A stretch of DNA of 64,000 nucleotides from Octopus vulgaris (GCA_951406725.2 OX597818.1:31558001-31622000); one strand, 5' to 3'; positions 1-12,400 are shown, counted from the stretch's first letter. Made by a program: numbers and translations. The notes: generated by a model from the sequence alone, not told the origin.

Positions 1-86
1 ACTGGGGTCGATGTAATCGACTCAATCCGTTTGTCTGTCCTTGTTTGTCCCCTCTATGTTTAGCCCCTTGTGGGTAGTAAAGAAAT
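1..86 (+). mobile_element. SINE family A, 3' part (cut by window edge)
   Basis: actggggtcgatgtaatcgac...tttagccccttgtgggtagtaaagaaata matches the 3' half of the full copies at 14401 and 43572. Confidence 0.85.
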
Positions 87-711
87 ATATCTAACAGGAA
101 ACTGAGTGGGTGAGCAGCCGCATGCCAATATGTGGAGTCTTTATTTGAATTGTGAGTTTTATTTGAATTATGATTTTGACTTAAACAAAATAAACATTTT
201 CTTTCTGTTTCCATAGACGCTTTAGTAAGACAGAGGAATTTCTTTCTGTCAAATACTAGACTCAACGAGTAAACAGCTGACGCTGGAGGTGGTTGATCAA
301 TAATGATAATTTAAATAAACAGGAAAGGAAAATAATAAAGAAATTTAATGATTCAGTGCAATATTTGCAGTATTGCATGAAGTTAATCTGTTCATGCTTT
401 CATAAATGTCTCATAATAGTTTTGGATTAATCTCCAGGATATAATTGTTTATGAGAACGATACTTTTATCATGTAATAAGAATTAGTTACTGTGAAAATG
501 TCAAGTGTGTCAATTATTTAACCGACATGAATTAACTTAGAATAGGATTTCACTACAAGAATATATAATCACCTCAACGACATGAAGCAGACCAATCATC
601 ACGAAGCATTCAAGACGCAATCTCATCGTCTTTCGGAATACATGATCTAATATGTTCTTACTAAATTCTATGCCCAAAATAAACATACATATGTAAATAT
701 ATATATATATC

Positions 712-903
712 GGTCTTTCAATATGTGACCTTGTGAGTACCGCTGGCTGTTTTTTTTCCTCTGTCTTCCCTTCTCGGGATCTTTCCTTCTCCTATGTTTC
801 CGACGAAGAGCTCCGCTTTCCTGAGCGTCCAATAATACTTTATTTGTTCCACGTCCTCGCGTTGTTGTGTTTTTTTTTTTTTTTTGTTTTCTTGTTTGGA
901 TTA

Positions 904-907
<4 letters not shown>
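712..907 (+). mobile_element. Short repeat between (TA)n tracts, probable Penelope-like pLTR remnant with half a hammerhead core
   Basis: Shares ttcctgagcgtc(c)aataatacttta.ttgttccacgtcct(c)gcgttg...ttggattaact with 46268-46396; contains gtttCCGACGAaGAGCtccGCT at 796-817. Confidence 0.45.
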
Positions 908-943
<36 letters not shown>

Positions 944-1168
944 TTATAAGTATATGAACGACTAGTTAACAAATATCCTTTATTCTCGTTCAACTCCATT
1001 CTTTCATATACTTATAATTTTAAAATAAGCATACAAATTTCCGCACGAAGACACGTAGTCTATGCCCTAGGGACGTAGCTTCAACCGTGTTCTTTCTGAT
1101 GTGAATTTGCTACCCAGGTATCGGTTATCTTTCGAATTATCCTTAATAAGATAATTCATTCAACTACT

Positions 1169-1250
<82 letters not shown>

Positions 1251-1280
1251 CATACATACATACATACATACATACATACA

Positions 1281-1316
<36 letters not shown>

Positions 1317-1489
1317 CATATACATATATATAAGAGGAATAACCACCAATGTGGATTCCTAATATGCTAGAAAAATCCACCTTGGTGGTTATATAGGTAA
1401 TATAATTCATAGTCTTCTCATTTTTTTAAGTATGCTAGGCCATTGGTTTAAATTGATATTAATTTCTACCCTCATTATTAAACTTTTAT

Positions 1490-1533
<44 letters not shown>

Positions 1534-1546
1534 GTGTGTGTCTGTG

Positions 1547-1606
<60 letters not shown>

Positions 1607-2708
1607 CTAAAAGAGGCCGAGGAAGGGCGAATGGCACCGCGAGTGTCGCGTTGCTCTCAAGCAACTCTGCCGTCCCGGGTCGACATTGAGTGACTCCAAC
1701 ACAACCCAAGCATTCTATAAGGGATTAGTGGAGGGGAGGTACGACGAGCTTCGGGCGAACCTGGACGTCGACGAGGAATGCCTGACCCGCCTGTCCAGGA
1801 CGACTTTCGGGCCAGGGCCCATGGCCTGGCAGTGCTACCGAGAAGCGCTACCCGTTCGAGATAAGCTCTACAGACACGGCTCGAGAAACACGGGGCCGAC
1901 CTGCCCGAGATGCGGTCAGAGCAACGAAACCGTTCTGCACGCTATCGTGAAGTGTCCAACAATTTCCGATTGTGGGCTTATGTCGAATGACTGCTGTCAC
2001 GTGTGGGACGAGTCGGTTTATCAGCCGAGTCTATCGTCAATGTTGTCACGCCTCCTTCCTTCAAACAGGAAGGAAGAGCTATTTTCATCATCCTTGTGGC
2101 TATGGCGAAAGAATGTATCTGGTGGACGCGTCTGAAAGGATTGGAGACAAACACTTTCCTCTCTGGTCAATCTCTCATCAACATTTTCAAGCATCTCTTG
2201 AAAAGGAAAGTGAGAGTATAGAGGCAAGTTTTTTTCTAGCGAATGTTTCAAAAAAAGATGGGTGAATGTACCAAGGATGGTACGTATGAATGACGAAGCC
2301 ACATTGAGCATAATTCAATGAACCCAGAAAATTTAAAACAGAGGGTTACCTACTTGCAAGCAAATGTGGTAACATGTAACATCATTGACCTAGGTTACCG
2401 TGGTCTTTTCCGTAGGCTTTTCTTCCCACGGATAAACCTTATCTGCTTCTCCCTTTACACTTTACACCATGTCACTGTGATACACGATTTCTATTGATCG
2501 TTTTTTTCCCCTTTTTTCCCCTTCTTTCCTTTTACGATCCTTTTTGATCGAAAACCTAACCCACCGTTTTTTCTTCTTTCCCTTTTACCATCCCTTTTGA
2601 TCGAGAACCTAAGCCACCTTATTTTTTCTCTCTCTCCCCCAAAAAGAAAAGCTCTACTATGTAATCTGTCCCGTCTGTCTGCAGCCCTGTGTGTCTAATA
2701 AAGAAACA
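1607..2708 (+). mobile_element. 5'-truncated Tx1/L1-clade LINE (ORF2 C-terminus with zinc knuckle, frameshifted) plus 3' UTR
   Basis: AWQCYREALPVRDKLYRHG...CPRCGQSNETVLHAIVKCP (C-x2-C-x8-H-x4-C), continuing in another frame as AIFIILVAMAKECIWWTRLKG; AATAAA at 2697; (ATCT)n on both sides. Confidence 0.85.
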
Positions 2709-2772
<64 letters not shown>

Positions 2773-3117
2773 CTGCGGCGTTGGTGCACCCAAGATTATA
2801 GCAGAAAGAGCAGTGGAGCAACGTTTCTGATGTAGAAATGTAATTTCGAATAGAACGGAAATTACTCTAACAAATTATCCGAGGCACCGTCAGCTCTCAG
2901 AGCGAAATTCAGTCATTTTACTTCGAATGATAACGTTGGATTTCTATTAAAGCTACTACAACAAAATAAAAAAACAAACAAAAACCCCAAAAAACCTGAA
3001 TAAAGATCGAACATGAAACCACGTGCTTAAACAGAAGACTTCTTAAGTACATGACCGTGCCTGAATCCATTTAATCAAACCAAAGCCTCACGTTTGTGTA
3101 CGCGCGTGTGTATTTGT

Positions 3118-3499
3118 GGAGGCACAATGGCCCAGTGGTTAGGGCAGCGGACTCGCGGTCATAGGATCGCGGTTTCGATTCCCAGACCGGGCGTTGTGAG
3201 TGTTTATTGAGCGAAAACACCTAAAGCTCCACGAGGCTCCGGCAGGGGATGGTGGTGATCCCTGCTGTACTCTTTCACCACAACTTTCTCTCACTCTTAC
3301 TTCCTGTTTCTGTTGCACCTGTATTTCAAAGGGCCGGCCTTTTCACTCTCTGTGTCACGCTGAATATCCCCGAGGACTACGTTATGGGTACACGTGTCTG
3401 TGGAGTGCTCAGCCACTTACACATTAATTTCACGAGCAGGCTGTTCCGTTGATTCGGATCAACCGGAACCCTCATCGTCGTAACCGACGGAGTGCTTCC
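3118..3499 (+). mobile_element. tRNA-derived SINE (family C)
   Basis: A box TGGCCCAGTGG, B-box-like GGTTTCGATTCC, tRNA-like head followed by ~300 bp non-tRNA body. Confidence 0.75.
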
Positions 3500-3949
3500 A
3501 GTATGAACACACTTTTATCAATTGGCGTAGATAGCAAGGACTGTTATCTTCATTCAATATGTCCCAGGTAATGACAGGCTGCTTCGTACTTAATGTAGCA
3601 AACTTTAACGTCTCACTTCATTTGTTATTCGACATATTTATAACTACATATATTTGAAACAGGTTGCAGCTCGAATTATCCAAATTAAGAATAAAAGAAA
3701 AGGATGGAAGAGCACTGTAAGTAGTTATATTTTGTGAAAGTCTGATGGAGAACTTTAGGTTTTCTGTGTTATAAAGTCAGTTACTGAAAACACTGGAGAA
3801 GTCGTTGATTACACGAAATTATAAGAGAACCAACCACAACGCTAACAGTTGCATAGAAATAACAAAATTATACAGACATGCTTGCATAAACATATAATAT
3901 TGGATACACACACACACACACATACATACACACACACACACAAATACAA

Positions 3950-3983
<34 letters not shown>

Positions 3984-4212
3984 GTATTACATTCGTGCAC
4001 ATACACTCACACACACACACGCGCACACAGAACAGAATTACTAGTCAGGGATTATCAATCCGGGCAAAATAGTTTATAAGTTCTATGTTAGTACACCAGA
4101 CTAACAATATTGTTTAGATTAATAAATAACTCTGCATATTCTTAACACAGTCTGAGGTTATGGTTTATCACCATTCTATATTGTGAATCCATGGTTGTGT
4201 TCCAGTTATATC

Positions 4213-4436
4213 TATTTCTTTACTACCCACAAGGGGCTAAACACAGAGGGGACAAACAAGGACAGACAAATGGATTAAGTCGATTATATCGACCCCAGTG
4301 CGTAACTGGTACTTAATTTATCGACCCCGAAAGGATGAAAGGCAAAGCCGACCTCGGCGGAATTTGAACCCAGAACGTAACGGCAGACGAAATACGGCTA
4401 CGCATTTCGCACGGCGTGCTAACGTTTCTGCCAGCT
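4213..4436 (-). mobile_element. SINE family A
   Basis: Reverse complement of the family A sequence at 14401/43572. Confidence 0.9.
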
Positions 4437-4532
4437 ATCTTTAAACTGAGTGATATACAAGATGAAAGATAAATAATACTCATTACACATTTGTTGTAGT
4501 AAGTTTGATAAGTTTACTCAATCGGCCAATTG

Positions 4533-4652
4533 ATCGGTTGAGAAAAATTGAACGACCAAAAGGATTAATGCTACTTTCTTCAGATCACAACCAGAAATGA
4601 CCCTGACGAAAGTAGCATTAATTCTCTAGGTTGTTCAATGTTTCTGACCGAT
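4533..4652. repeat. ~120-bp imperfect palindrome (about 55-bp arms, ~10-nt loop)
   Basis: Left arm atcggttgagaaaaattgaacgaccaaaaggattaatgctactttcttcag versus reverse complement of right arm atcggtcagaaacattgaacaacctagagaattaatgctactttcgtcag. Confidence 0.85.
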
Positions 4653-4664
4653 GGAAGAATATTT

Positions 4665-4870
4665 AGTTGAATGAATCGACCTCAATACTTAAAATTTGCT
4701 AGGACTGGTGCTTACTCTATCGGTTTCTTTTGCCGAACTCCTAAGTTACGGGGACGTAAACACACTAACACCGGTTGTCAAGCACAGACAAAGGGGACAA
4801 ACACAGACAAAGACACACACGTACATATATATTTATATATGCGACGGGCTTCTTCCAGTTTCCGTCTACC
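4665..4870 (-). mobile_element. SINE family B fragment fused to the family A array
   Basis: cttttgccgaactcctaagttacggggacgtaaacac...gtttccgtctaccaaa matches the family B body. Confidence 0.8.
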
Positions 4871-4872
4871 AA

Positions 4873-5575
4873 AGTACGCAACTGGTACTTAATTTTTCGA
4901 CGCTGAAATTATTTACGCAAAATCGACCTCGATGGAATTTGAACTCAGAACGTAGCGGCAGACGAAATATCTATTTCTTTACTACCCACAAGGGGCTAAA
5001 CACAGACAGGACGAACAAGGACAGACACACGGATTAAGTCGACTATATCGACCCCAGTGCGCAACTGGTATTTATTTAATCGACCCCAAAAGGATGAAAG
5101 GCAAAGTCGACCTCGGCGGAATTTGAACTCAGAACGTAGCAGCAGACGAAATACCTATTTCTATTTCTTTACTACCCACAAGGGGCTAAACACAGAGAAA
5201 ACAAACAATGACACAAAACGGATCAAGTCGATTATATCGACCCCAGTGCGTAACTGGTACTTATTTAATCGACTCCGAAAGGATGAAAGGCAAAGTTGAC
5301 CTCGGCGGAATTTGAACTCAGAACGTAGCGGCAGACGAAATACCTATTTCTTTACTACCCACAAGGGGTTAAACACAGACAGGACAAACAAGGACAGACA
5401 CACGGATTAAGTCGACTATATCGACCCCAGTGCGTAACTGGTACTTATTTAATCGATCCCAAAAGGATGAAAGGGAAAGTTGACCTCGGTGGAACTTGAA
5501 CTCAGAACGTAGCGGCAGACGAAATACCGCTAAGCATTTCGCCCGGCGTGCAAATTTTTCTGCTAGCTCGCCGTC
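4873..5575 (-). mobile_element. Tandem array of about four SINE family A units (~185-bp period)
   Basis: Repeated gaatttgaactcagaacgtagcggcagacgaaata-cctatttctttactacccacaagggg junctions; only the last unit keeps the tRNA head. Confidence 0.9.
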
Positions 5576-7255
5576 TTGTGCTTCAGTAAATATCTATTAA
5601 AGAGTCAGGCCAGGTAGAAGAGACAGGATGCATTAACATTAAACTTGAGTAGTGAGCAGCAGAGACAAAATTATTCTACAGGAGGTCCAACTTTCGCATA
5701 TGGGACCCTTCAGGATTATTTTGAGACACATTTTGCGGTTGAGGTGGGGGGGGGAGTTGCGGGTGTCTTGTATGCCGTTAAATACAAACATTTTACATAG
5801 GAACAGGAAGAAAAATTTTGCGGGAGGGAACATTCAATTATATTGCACCCTGTATTTAACTCGTACATTATTTTATCGAGCCCGGATCGATAAATTGTTA
5901 GTCTGACAAGGATTTGAACTCAAAACGCAAAAATTTTGTAACGCGTTACTGGAAACACGTTTCTTTTTACCTGGCACTAACTCTGCTATTATAACATCTT
6001 GTCAGATCCATAACCACCACCACCACCATCGCCGCCGCTACCGCTGCTACCTCCACTGCCACTGCAACTACCGCCGCTGCTACTACCGTCGCTGCTGCTG
6101 CACCTGCTGCTGCCGCCGCTGCTTCTGCTTTCGTCACTGTCTCGTCTACCGCAGTTTCCGCCGCAGCCTCCTCTCCCGTTGCAGCCGCCATTCCTGCTGT
6201 TCCCGCTCCTGCCATTATCATCATCGTGACCATCGTATCATCATCATCATTGTCATTTCTTTCCACAGCAGCAGCAGAAACACCAGCATCCTTTTCATTT
6301 TCTATTTTACGTCATTTTTCCTATCTTTCGAGAAGAGATGCTTTAGGACAAAAAAATATATATATATAAGAAAATAAAAATAAAAATAAAAAAAGAAACA
6401 ATACACTGACAAAAAATTCCTCAATTACGTATGATTAACAACAGATACTAACACTCTATGAGTTGAATAAAAAAAAAATAATGAAGGGAAACTGACAGCG
6501 ACTTTCTTTAACACAAGATATAGGGAAAAAAATTATTACGATAGAAAGAAGGTAGACAAAGAAACAGCGACGAAAGTGGCGAAGTGAGATGGCTTTCTGT
6601 AATGACATCAAGAATAAATTGTAATTATAGTGAACAGCGCCGAGGGCGTTCAGAGAAAATAATTGTGCTTTAAGCGCTGGTGATTATAAGAATTGTTTTT
6701 GCCAAAGTACTGGTTGCTTAGAAACACCATTTTCTACAGAGTTAATGTAGTATTTCTTTTATCTCACTGTTATATTTTTCTCCTCTTATATTTTGTATTT
6801 ATCTAGCTAAACTGTGCATTCTCTTTTTCCTTCCGTTTGCTATAAGTTTTTGCGAGATATTCCTCATGATGTCACTAATTCTATTCGTGTATTCTATTTG
6901 CATATGACTTGAACCCAGCAGTTGAAAAAGTGAAAACATAGCTGTAGGTTATTCTTTAACTTTTAACTATTTTCCAAGATGGAATTACCAATGATAGCCT
7001 GTCCATTATTCCGAGACAGAAAAATCAATGGTCCATTTAAAAAAAAAATTTTTTTCTTAATGTAGTGTTTTTTCTTTTTTTTTTTTTCAAATCGATATTT
7101 CATAATGAAAACCAATCATATTTCCTTTGTTTTGTTCTGCCGCTGTGCTTCATATATATGACAGAGGAATTGATATATATATATATATATATATGTTTGT
7201 GTGCTTGTATGTTTGCGTGTGTGTGTCTATATATGTGTGTGTATGTGTATGTGTA

Positions 7256-7359
<104 letters not shown>

Positions 7360-7865
7360 TCTGTGCTTGTGTGTTTGCGTGTGTTTGTGTGTGTGTGTTC
7401 GCGCGAGTGCGTCAGGAAACCGTGACAGGTCGATCAGAAGGATTCTAGAGTAAAAGCCCACATGTCAGGCAAATTAAGATAAATATCTATAACATTAGTT
7501 ATAGTCTAATGTTAGACTATAAATATCAACAGCATCAGTTAATCTAACGTTAGACTAAGGTCTAATGGATGTACCTTTATTTTCTAAACCATTCAATTGA
7601 CATTCACTAACTAGGGCTCCGAATATGGATCTAAAATTCAAAGGATGCACTACTTCCGTTTCAGGTGTTATGCATGAGGAATAATTCGAAATCTTTCAGG
7701 CATTTGAAGTTTAATCAATTCGATTCACGCTCTCATTTTGCACATATATCTGTATGTATGTATGTATGTATGGACGCATGTCTGTATGATACCTATGTGT
7801 GTATGTACATTTATATATATATATACATTTACATATATCGGTTTAAATATATGAATGTCTGTGTG

Positions 7866-7901
<36 letters not shown>

Positions 7902-8033
7902 CACACACGTATATAAACATATACTGATATCTATATCAATATCTATCTATCTATTTGTCTGCCTCAATCTCTGTCTGTCTGTCTGTTTGTCTCCCTCTCT
8001 AACTTCCTCTCTGTTCATATATATATTTATATA

Positions 8034-8165
<132 letters not shown>

Positions 8166-8514
8166 TAATAATAATAATGATATGACAAGAAAAGAATGAA
8201 TGAGACCTCGGTATGTATAATAGAAGAATTTATCTATAAATATATGTGACAATTAGTTGGTTGTCATAATAAAAGTCAGAGTTTCGGATGCCGGAGCTGA
8301 AATCTGCTCAGCCATCTCATCAGTCATTAAGACAAAAAAAAAACGCTAACCTTTTTTTTTTTTTATTAATGTCGTTATAAACTTGTGGTATAGCTCTAGT
8401 GTAATTATTAATATTGTTGTTACGTAGAAGTCACAAATGTATTTATATTGAACATGAAAATACGGAATGCCAGTAAACGAGTACATAATTTTTCAACTGG
8501 GCATATGTATGCAC

Positions 8515-8930
8515 GTATTTAGGGAGCTTGTTACATATCCCAGTACCCCAATAATTAAAATAAATACCCGAACTTGTTATCTGGGCAGAATAGCTGTAGA
8601 TTTCTCAAAGTTCAGCGCAGGTAATTTTCTTTTTCGCTGATCTTTAGCTTTATGTTAATATTCGCTATGCAGTTGATTTTCACAACTGTACAGTTTCTCT
8701 TCCCTATCCCCAACTACAATGTCAGGTCTATTATGCTTACATTTTATTTAGGTTTTCACTGGAACATTCCACCAGTAATAATTTTTATTATGAGTGGTTA
8801 TGATTTCTACCATACTGTAGGTTCAAGTTTCTTTGGTTATCTTTCCGACGGATCTTATTATACAGTGTCCTAGCTACAAAATCATGTTTCACCGGTAGAA
8901 AATACCGTAATGATATTTTCGAACAACTGT
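8515..8930 (-). mobile_element. Decayed R4/Dong-like LINE, restriction-like endonuclease region
   Basis: Minus-strand translation with frameshifts: SCSKISLRYFLPVKHDFVARTLYNKI...YWWNVPVKT*IKCKHNRPDIVVGDREEKL...; homologous to 31720-31999; abuts (TATG)n. Confidence 0.75.
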
Positions 8931-9216
8931 TTGTATGTATGTATGTATGTATGTATGTATGTATGTATGTATGTATGTATGTATGTATGTATGTATGTAT
9001 GTATGTATGTATGTATGCATGCATGTATGTATGTGTGTATGTATGAATGTATGTATGTACGTATGTACGTACGTGTGTGCGTGCGTGTGTGTGTGCATGC
9101 ATGTACGTATGCATGCATGTAATTGTATGTATTTACGTATGTATGCATGTATACTTGCGTGTATGTATGTATGTATGTATGTATGTATGTATGCATGCAA
9201 GCATGTATGTATATAC

Positions 9217-9606
9217 TTTTACTTGTTCCAGTCGTTCGACTGTGGCCATGCTGGAGCACCGCCTTTAGTTGAGCAAATCGACTCCAGGACTTATGCTTTG
9301 TAAGCCTTGTACTCATTCGATCGGTTTCTTTTGCCGAACCGCTAAGTTACGGGGACGTAAACACACCAGCATCGGTTGTCAAGCGATGTTGGGCGGACAA
9401 ACGCAGATACACAAACGTATGCGCAAGCATACATGTATATATACATATAAAAGACGGGATTCTTTCAGCTTCCGTCTACCAAATCCACTCACAAGGCTTT
9501 GGTTAGCCTAAGGCTAAAGTAGAAGACACTTGCCCAAGGTGCCACGCAGTGGGACTGAACACGGAACCATGTGATTGGTAAGCAAGCTACTTACCACACA
9601 GCCACA
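9217..9606 (-). mobile_element. SINE family B (tRNA head, internal microsatellite)
   Basis: Reverse complement of the copy at 16321; sits in (TATG)n. Confidence 0.9.
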
Positions 9607-9784
9607 TGTACGTACGTACATGCGTGCATGCATGTGCGTATGTATGCATGTATTTATGTATGTATGCATGTATACTTGCATATACGTATATATGTATGCC
9701 GCTAATTGTAGTCATAATTTGCAAAAGGAATAGGCGAAAACTCATGGTTATGCACACGAAGATACACACACACACACACACATA

Positions 9785-10402
9785 TCTGCAGGGGAGGTGA
9801 TAGCATCAGCATTTGTGGATGCAAAAATCATTGTGCTTATTCACTATTTTCAAAAGAGTTTACACCATCAATGAAGAGTACTATTCCAGTTGTTGAGGCA
9901 GTTACGAAAGGCTATCAAGACCAAACGCTCAGGAAAAACCGACAAAAGAGGTCTTGTTTCAACAAGACAATGCTCCAGCACACAAGTTCTTGGTTTCAAA
10001 GGCCGCTGTGTGTAACTGTGTATTTTTGAACTGGTTGATCAGCTTCGCTGTTCTCCTGATTTTGAACTCATCTGCTTATTATTTTTTCTCTAACAGGAAA
10101 AAAAAAGAACAAAAAAACAAAACAAAAAAACCCCCACTTGGGAGCCATTATCGCAGTGATGGTGACGTCATATCTGCTGTTGATAACTTTTTTGACCATC
10201 AGGATGAAAGCTTTTTCACCAATGGAATCCAAGCAGTGCAACATCGATGGAAGAAGTGTGTGAACCGCAAGGAGGGATATGATGAAAAATAAACGTCATT
10301 TGGTTTATTCTAATATTCCATGGAATACTCTTTCATGGAATACTCTCATATTCCATGAGAGTAATCTTGGTCAGCTTATGAACCTCCAGCTGACATTCGT
10401 GT
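9785..10402 (+). mobile_element. Decayed mariner transposase, catalytic C-terminal half and probable right end
   Basis: SAGEVIASAF/WDAKIIVLIHYFQK, FQQDNAPAHK, SPD, FFTNGIQAVQHRWKKCVNRKEGYDEK*; several frameshifts. Confidence 0.85.
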
Positions 10403-10869
10403 ATCAGAATTTTTTCAGCAGCTGTGTTGCTACCATTTAATGAGAATCAGTAAGAATAAGAATAGTTTTGATAATCATGTCCATACATAATTCTGTTCAC
10501 TCAGCAGTTCTGAATTCTTTTCAATCTAACCACACTGCTATCACGTTACAGCTGTACACGTTTTCCTTCTTACTTATATCTTATACTGCGTGGTCAATTA
10601 GCACATAGAAAGAAATCCGCTTCGAGTACTTTTACTAACGGTTACTGATAAGTATGTCATTTCCATCTATTTTCAATGCAAGATTTTTACTGATCTCACA
10701 ATATGACTTAATACTTAGATCGACGCTTTTTCATTTATAAGACTGTAATCGTAATTTTGATACCATCTTGTTGCATTCTCACACAATGTTGCTGACAGTT
10801 TCACCTACTGTAGCAAATACACACGCGACATGTGCGATCTTGCTATCACACACACACACACACACACAT

Positions 10870-10965
10870 TCCTCGGCGGAATTTGAACACAGAACATAAA
10901 GACAGATGAACTACCACTAAGCATTTTACCCAGAAAACTAACGATTCTGCCAGATCGCCGCCTTC
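10870..10965 (-). mobile_element. SINE family A head fragment
   Basis: cctcggcggaatttgaacacagaac...ctaacgattctgccagatcgccgcc. Confidence 0.7.
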
Positions 10966-11014
<49 letters not shown>

Positions 11015-11019
11015 TGATG

Positions 11020-11087
<68 letters not shown>

Positions 11088-11089
<2 letters not shown>

Positions 11090-11565
11090 ACAGATAGAGA
11101 AATTAAGGCCAATAACACACAGATAGAGAAATTAAGGCCAACAGACCAGATATAGTTGTCAGAGATCATGAAGAAAAAAAATGCTTTCTAATTGATGTAT
11201 CAATACCGGCAGATGACAACGTGTCTCTAAAAGAAATGGAGAAACTCTCAAAATACAAAGACCTGGAAATAGAGGTAACTAGAATGTGGAACCTGAAAAC
11301 AGAAACAATTCCTATCATAGCAGGTGCATTAGGCATGATAAAAAAATATTCAGACAAATACATAACAAAAACACCAGGACTTACAAACACATATAACATA
11401 CAGAAAATTGCACTACTAGGCACTGCACACATCCTACGCAGAACACTTTCCATACAATAACCATCAGAGCATCACAACAAATCACAGCACATACCCAAGG
11501 CACACAGAGCTGCGCTCGGTAGTGAAGTGAAAGCACGCTATAAAAATAAAACTACTGAATAATGA
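11088..11565 (+). mobile_element. 5'-truncated R4/Dong-clade LINE (RLE domain plus 3' UTR) inside (TAA)n
   Basis: Uninterrupted DREIKANRPDIVVRDHEEKKCFLIDVSIPADDNVSLKEMEKLSKYKDL...PIIAGALG...QKIALLGTAHILRRTL*; (AAT)n on both sides, the known Dong target. Confidence 0.9.
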
Positions 11566-11590
11566 TAATAATAATAATAATAATAATAAT

Positions 11591-12102
11591 GCCCTGATGC
11601 ACTACCGGGCAGTGGGTCACATGGCTGCTGATCTTAACTGATTGGAAGTGTTATCATGTACCTGCTCAATACCACAGATTTGTTTGTCAGTTGTTTGACC
11701 TTAACCAGTAGACCATGTCCCTTAGTGGCTGATGATATCTTCATCTCTGATTACGAGCAGAAGTAGTGGGGGTGCATCATAGCCGTGTGTTGAAAGGAAT
11801 TCTTAGAGGTTTGGATAATTCACCTTTGGAAATATGGGTGTTACTTTCAACATCCTTAAACAACCCTTATTCAGGGACCTTTTGAGCGGGATGGGCTACT
11901 CGACCAGAAGAAAATTCTAATTGGGCCCCACCTGCAAGGTCATGCGCTGTTCATCTTGATATGAGATAACCATGTCGCGCACATATGGTTGTGATGCATG
12001 TGCTTAGTGTACCCTTATCAGACGGGTAGTCACGATGGGTATATTGGGCTTCGTATATTTTACCCCAGTGTCACTTTGCTGGCATGCACTGCTCTCTCAC
12101 TC
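11591..12102 (+). mobile_element. Non-coding interspersed repeat family D flanked by (AAT)n
   Basis: Closely similar to 63496-63960; both end gcatgcactgctctctcactc followed by AAT/AAC repeats. Confidence 0.8.
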
Positions 12103-12154
<52 letters not shown>

Positions 12155-12189
12155 TTAATGATAATGATGGTGATGATGATGACAGTGAA

Positions 12190-12400
12190 TTCAAATATTG
12201 GATCAAAGCCAGCAATTTCGGCGGAGCGATTAAGTCGTTTAATTCAAAACTTGGTGTTGAACTGGTACTTATTTTATCTTTCCCAGAAAATGAAACGCAG
12301 AGTCGACCACAATGAAATTTGAACTCAGAACAAAAAAGACGGACGAAATGCCGCTAAGCATTTTTCCCGGTATGCTATCGATTCTGCCAGCTCGCCGCCT
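12190..12400 (-). mobile_element. Diverged SINE family A variant with alternative tail
   Basis: aaatttgaactcagaac...gaaatgccgctaagcatt...ctgccagctcgccgcc. Confidence 0.7.

Noticed and set aside
197-290. Strong plus-strand acceptor (ttttctttctgtttccatag)
   Set aside because: Stops in all frames soon after and no good donor
3118-3193. Possible tRNA gene (also the heads at 16321, 25950-26095 and 41585)
   Set aside because: Imperfect cloverleaf, no terminator, and each runs on into a repeat body, so these are SINE heads
4873-5575. Regularly spaced repeats resembling a CRISPR array
   Set aside because: The intervening sequences are also repeated, there are no cas genes, and the context is eukaryotic SINE multimers
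7575-7630. Third minus-strand exon candidate (in frame as R-SIFGALVSECQLNGLENK)
   Set aside because: Weak donor (gtacat) and probably within a transposon remnant; frame compatibility could be chance
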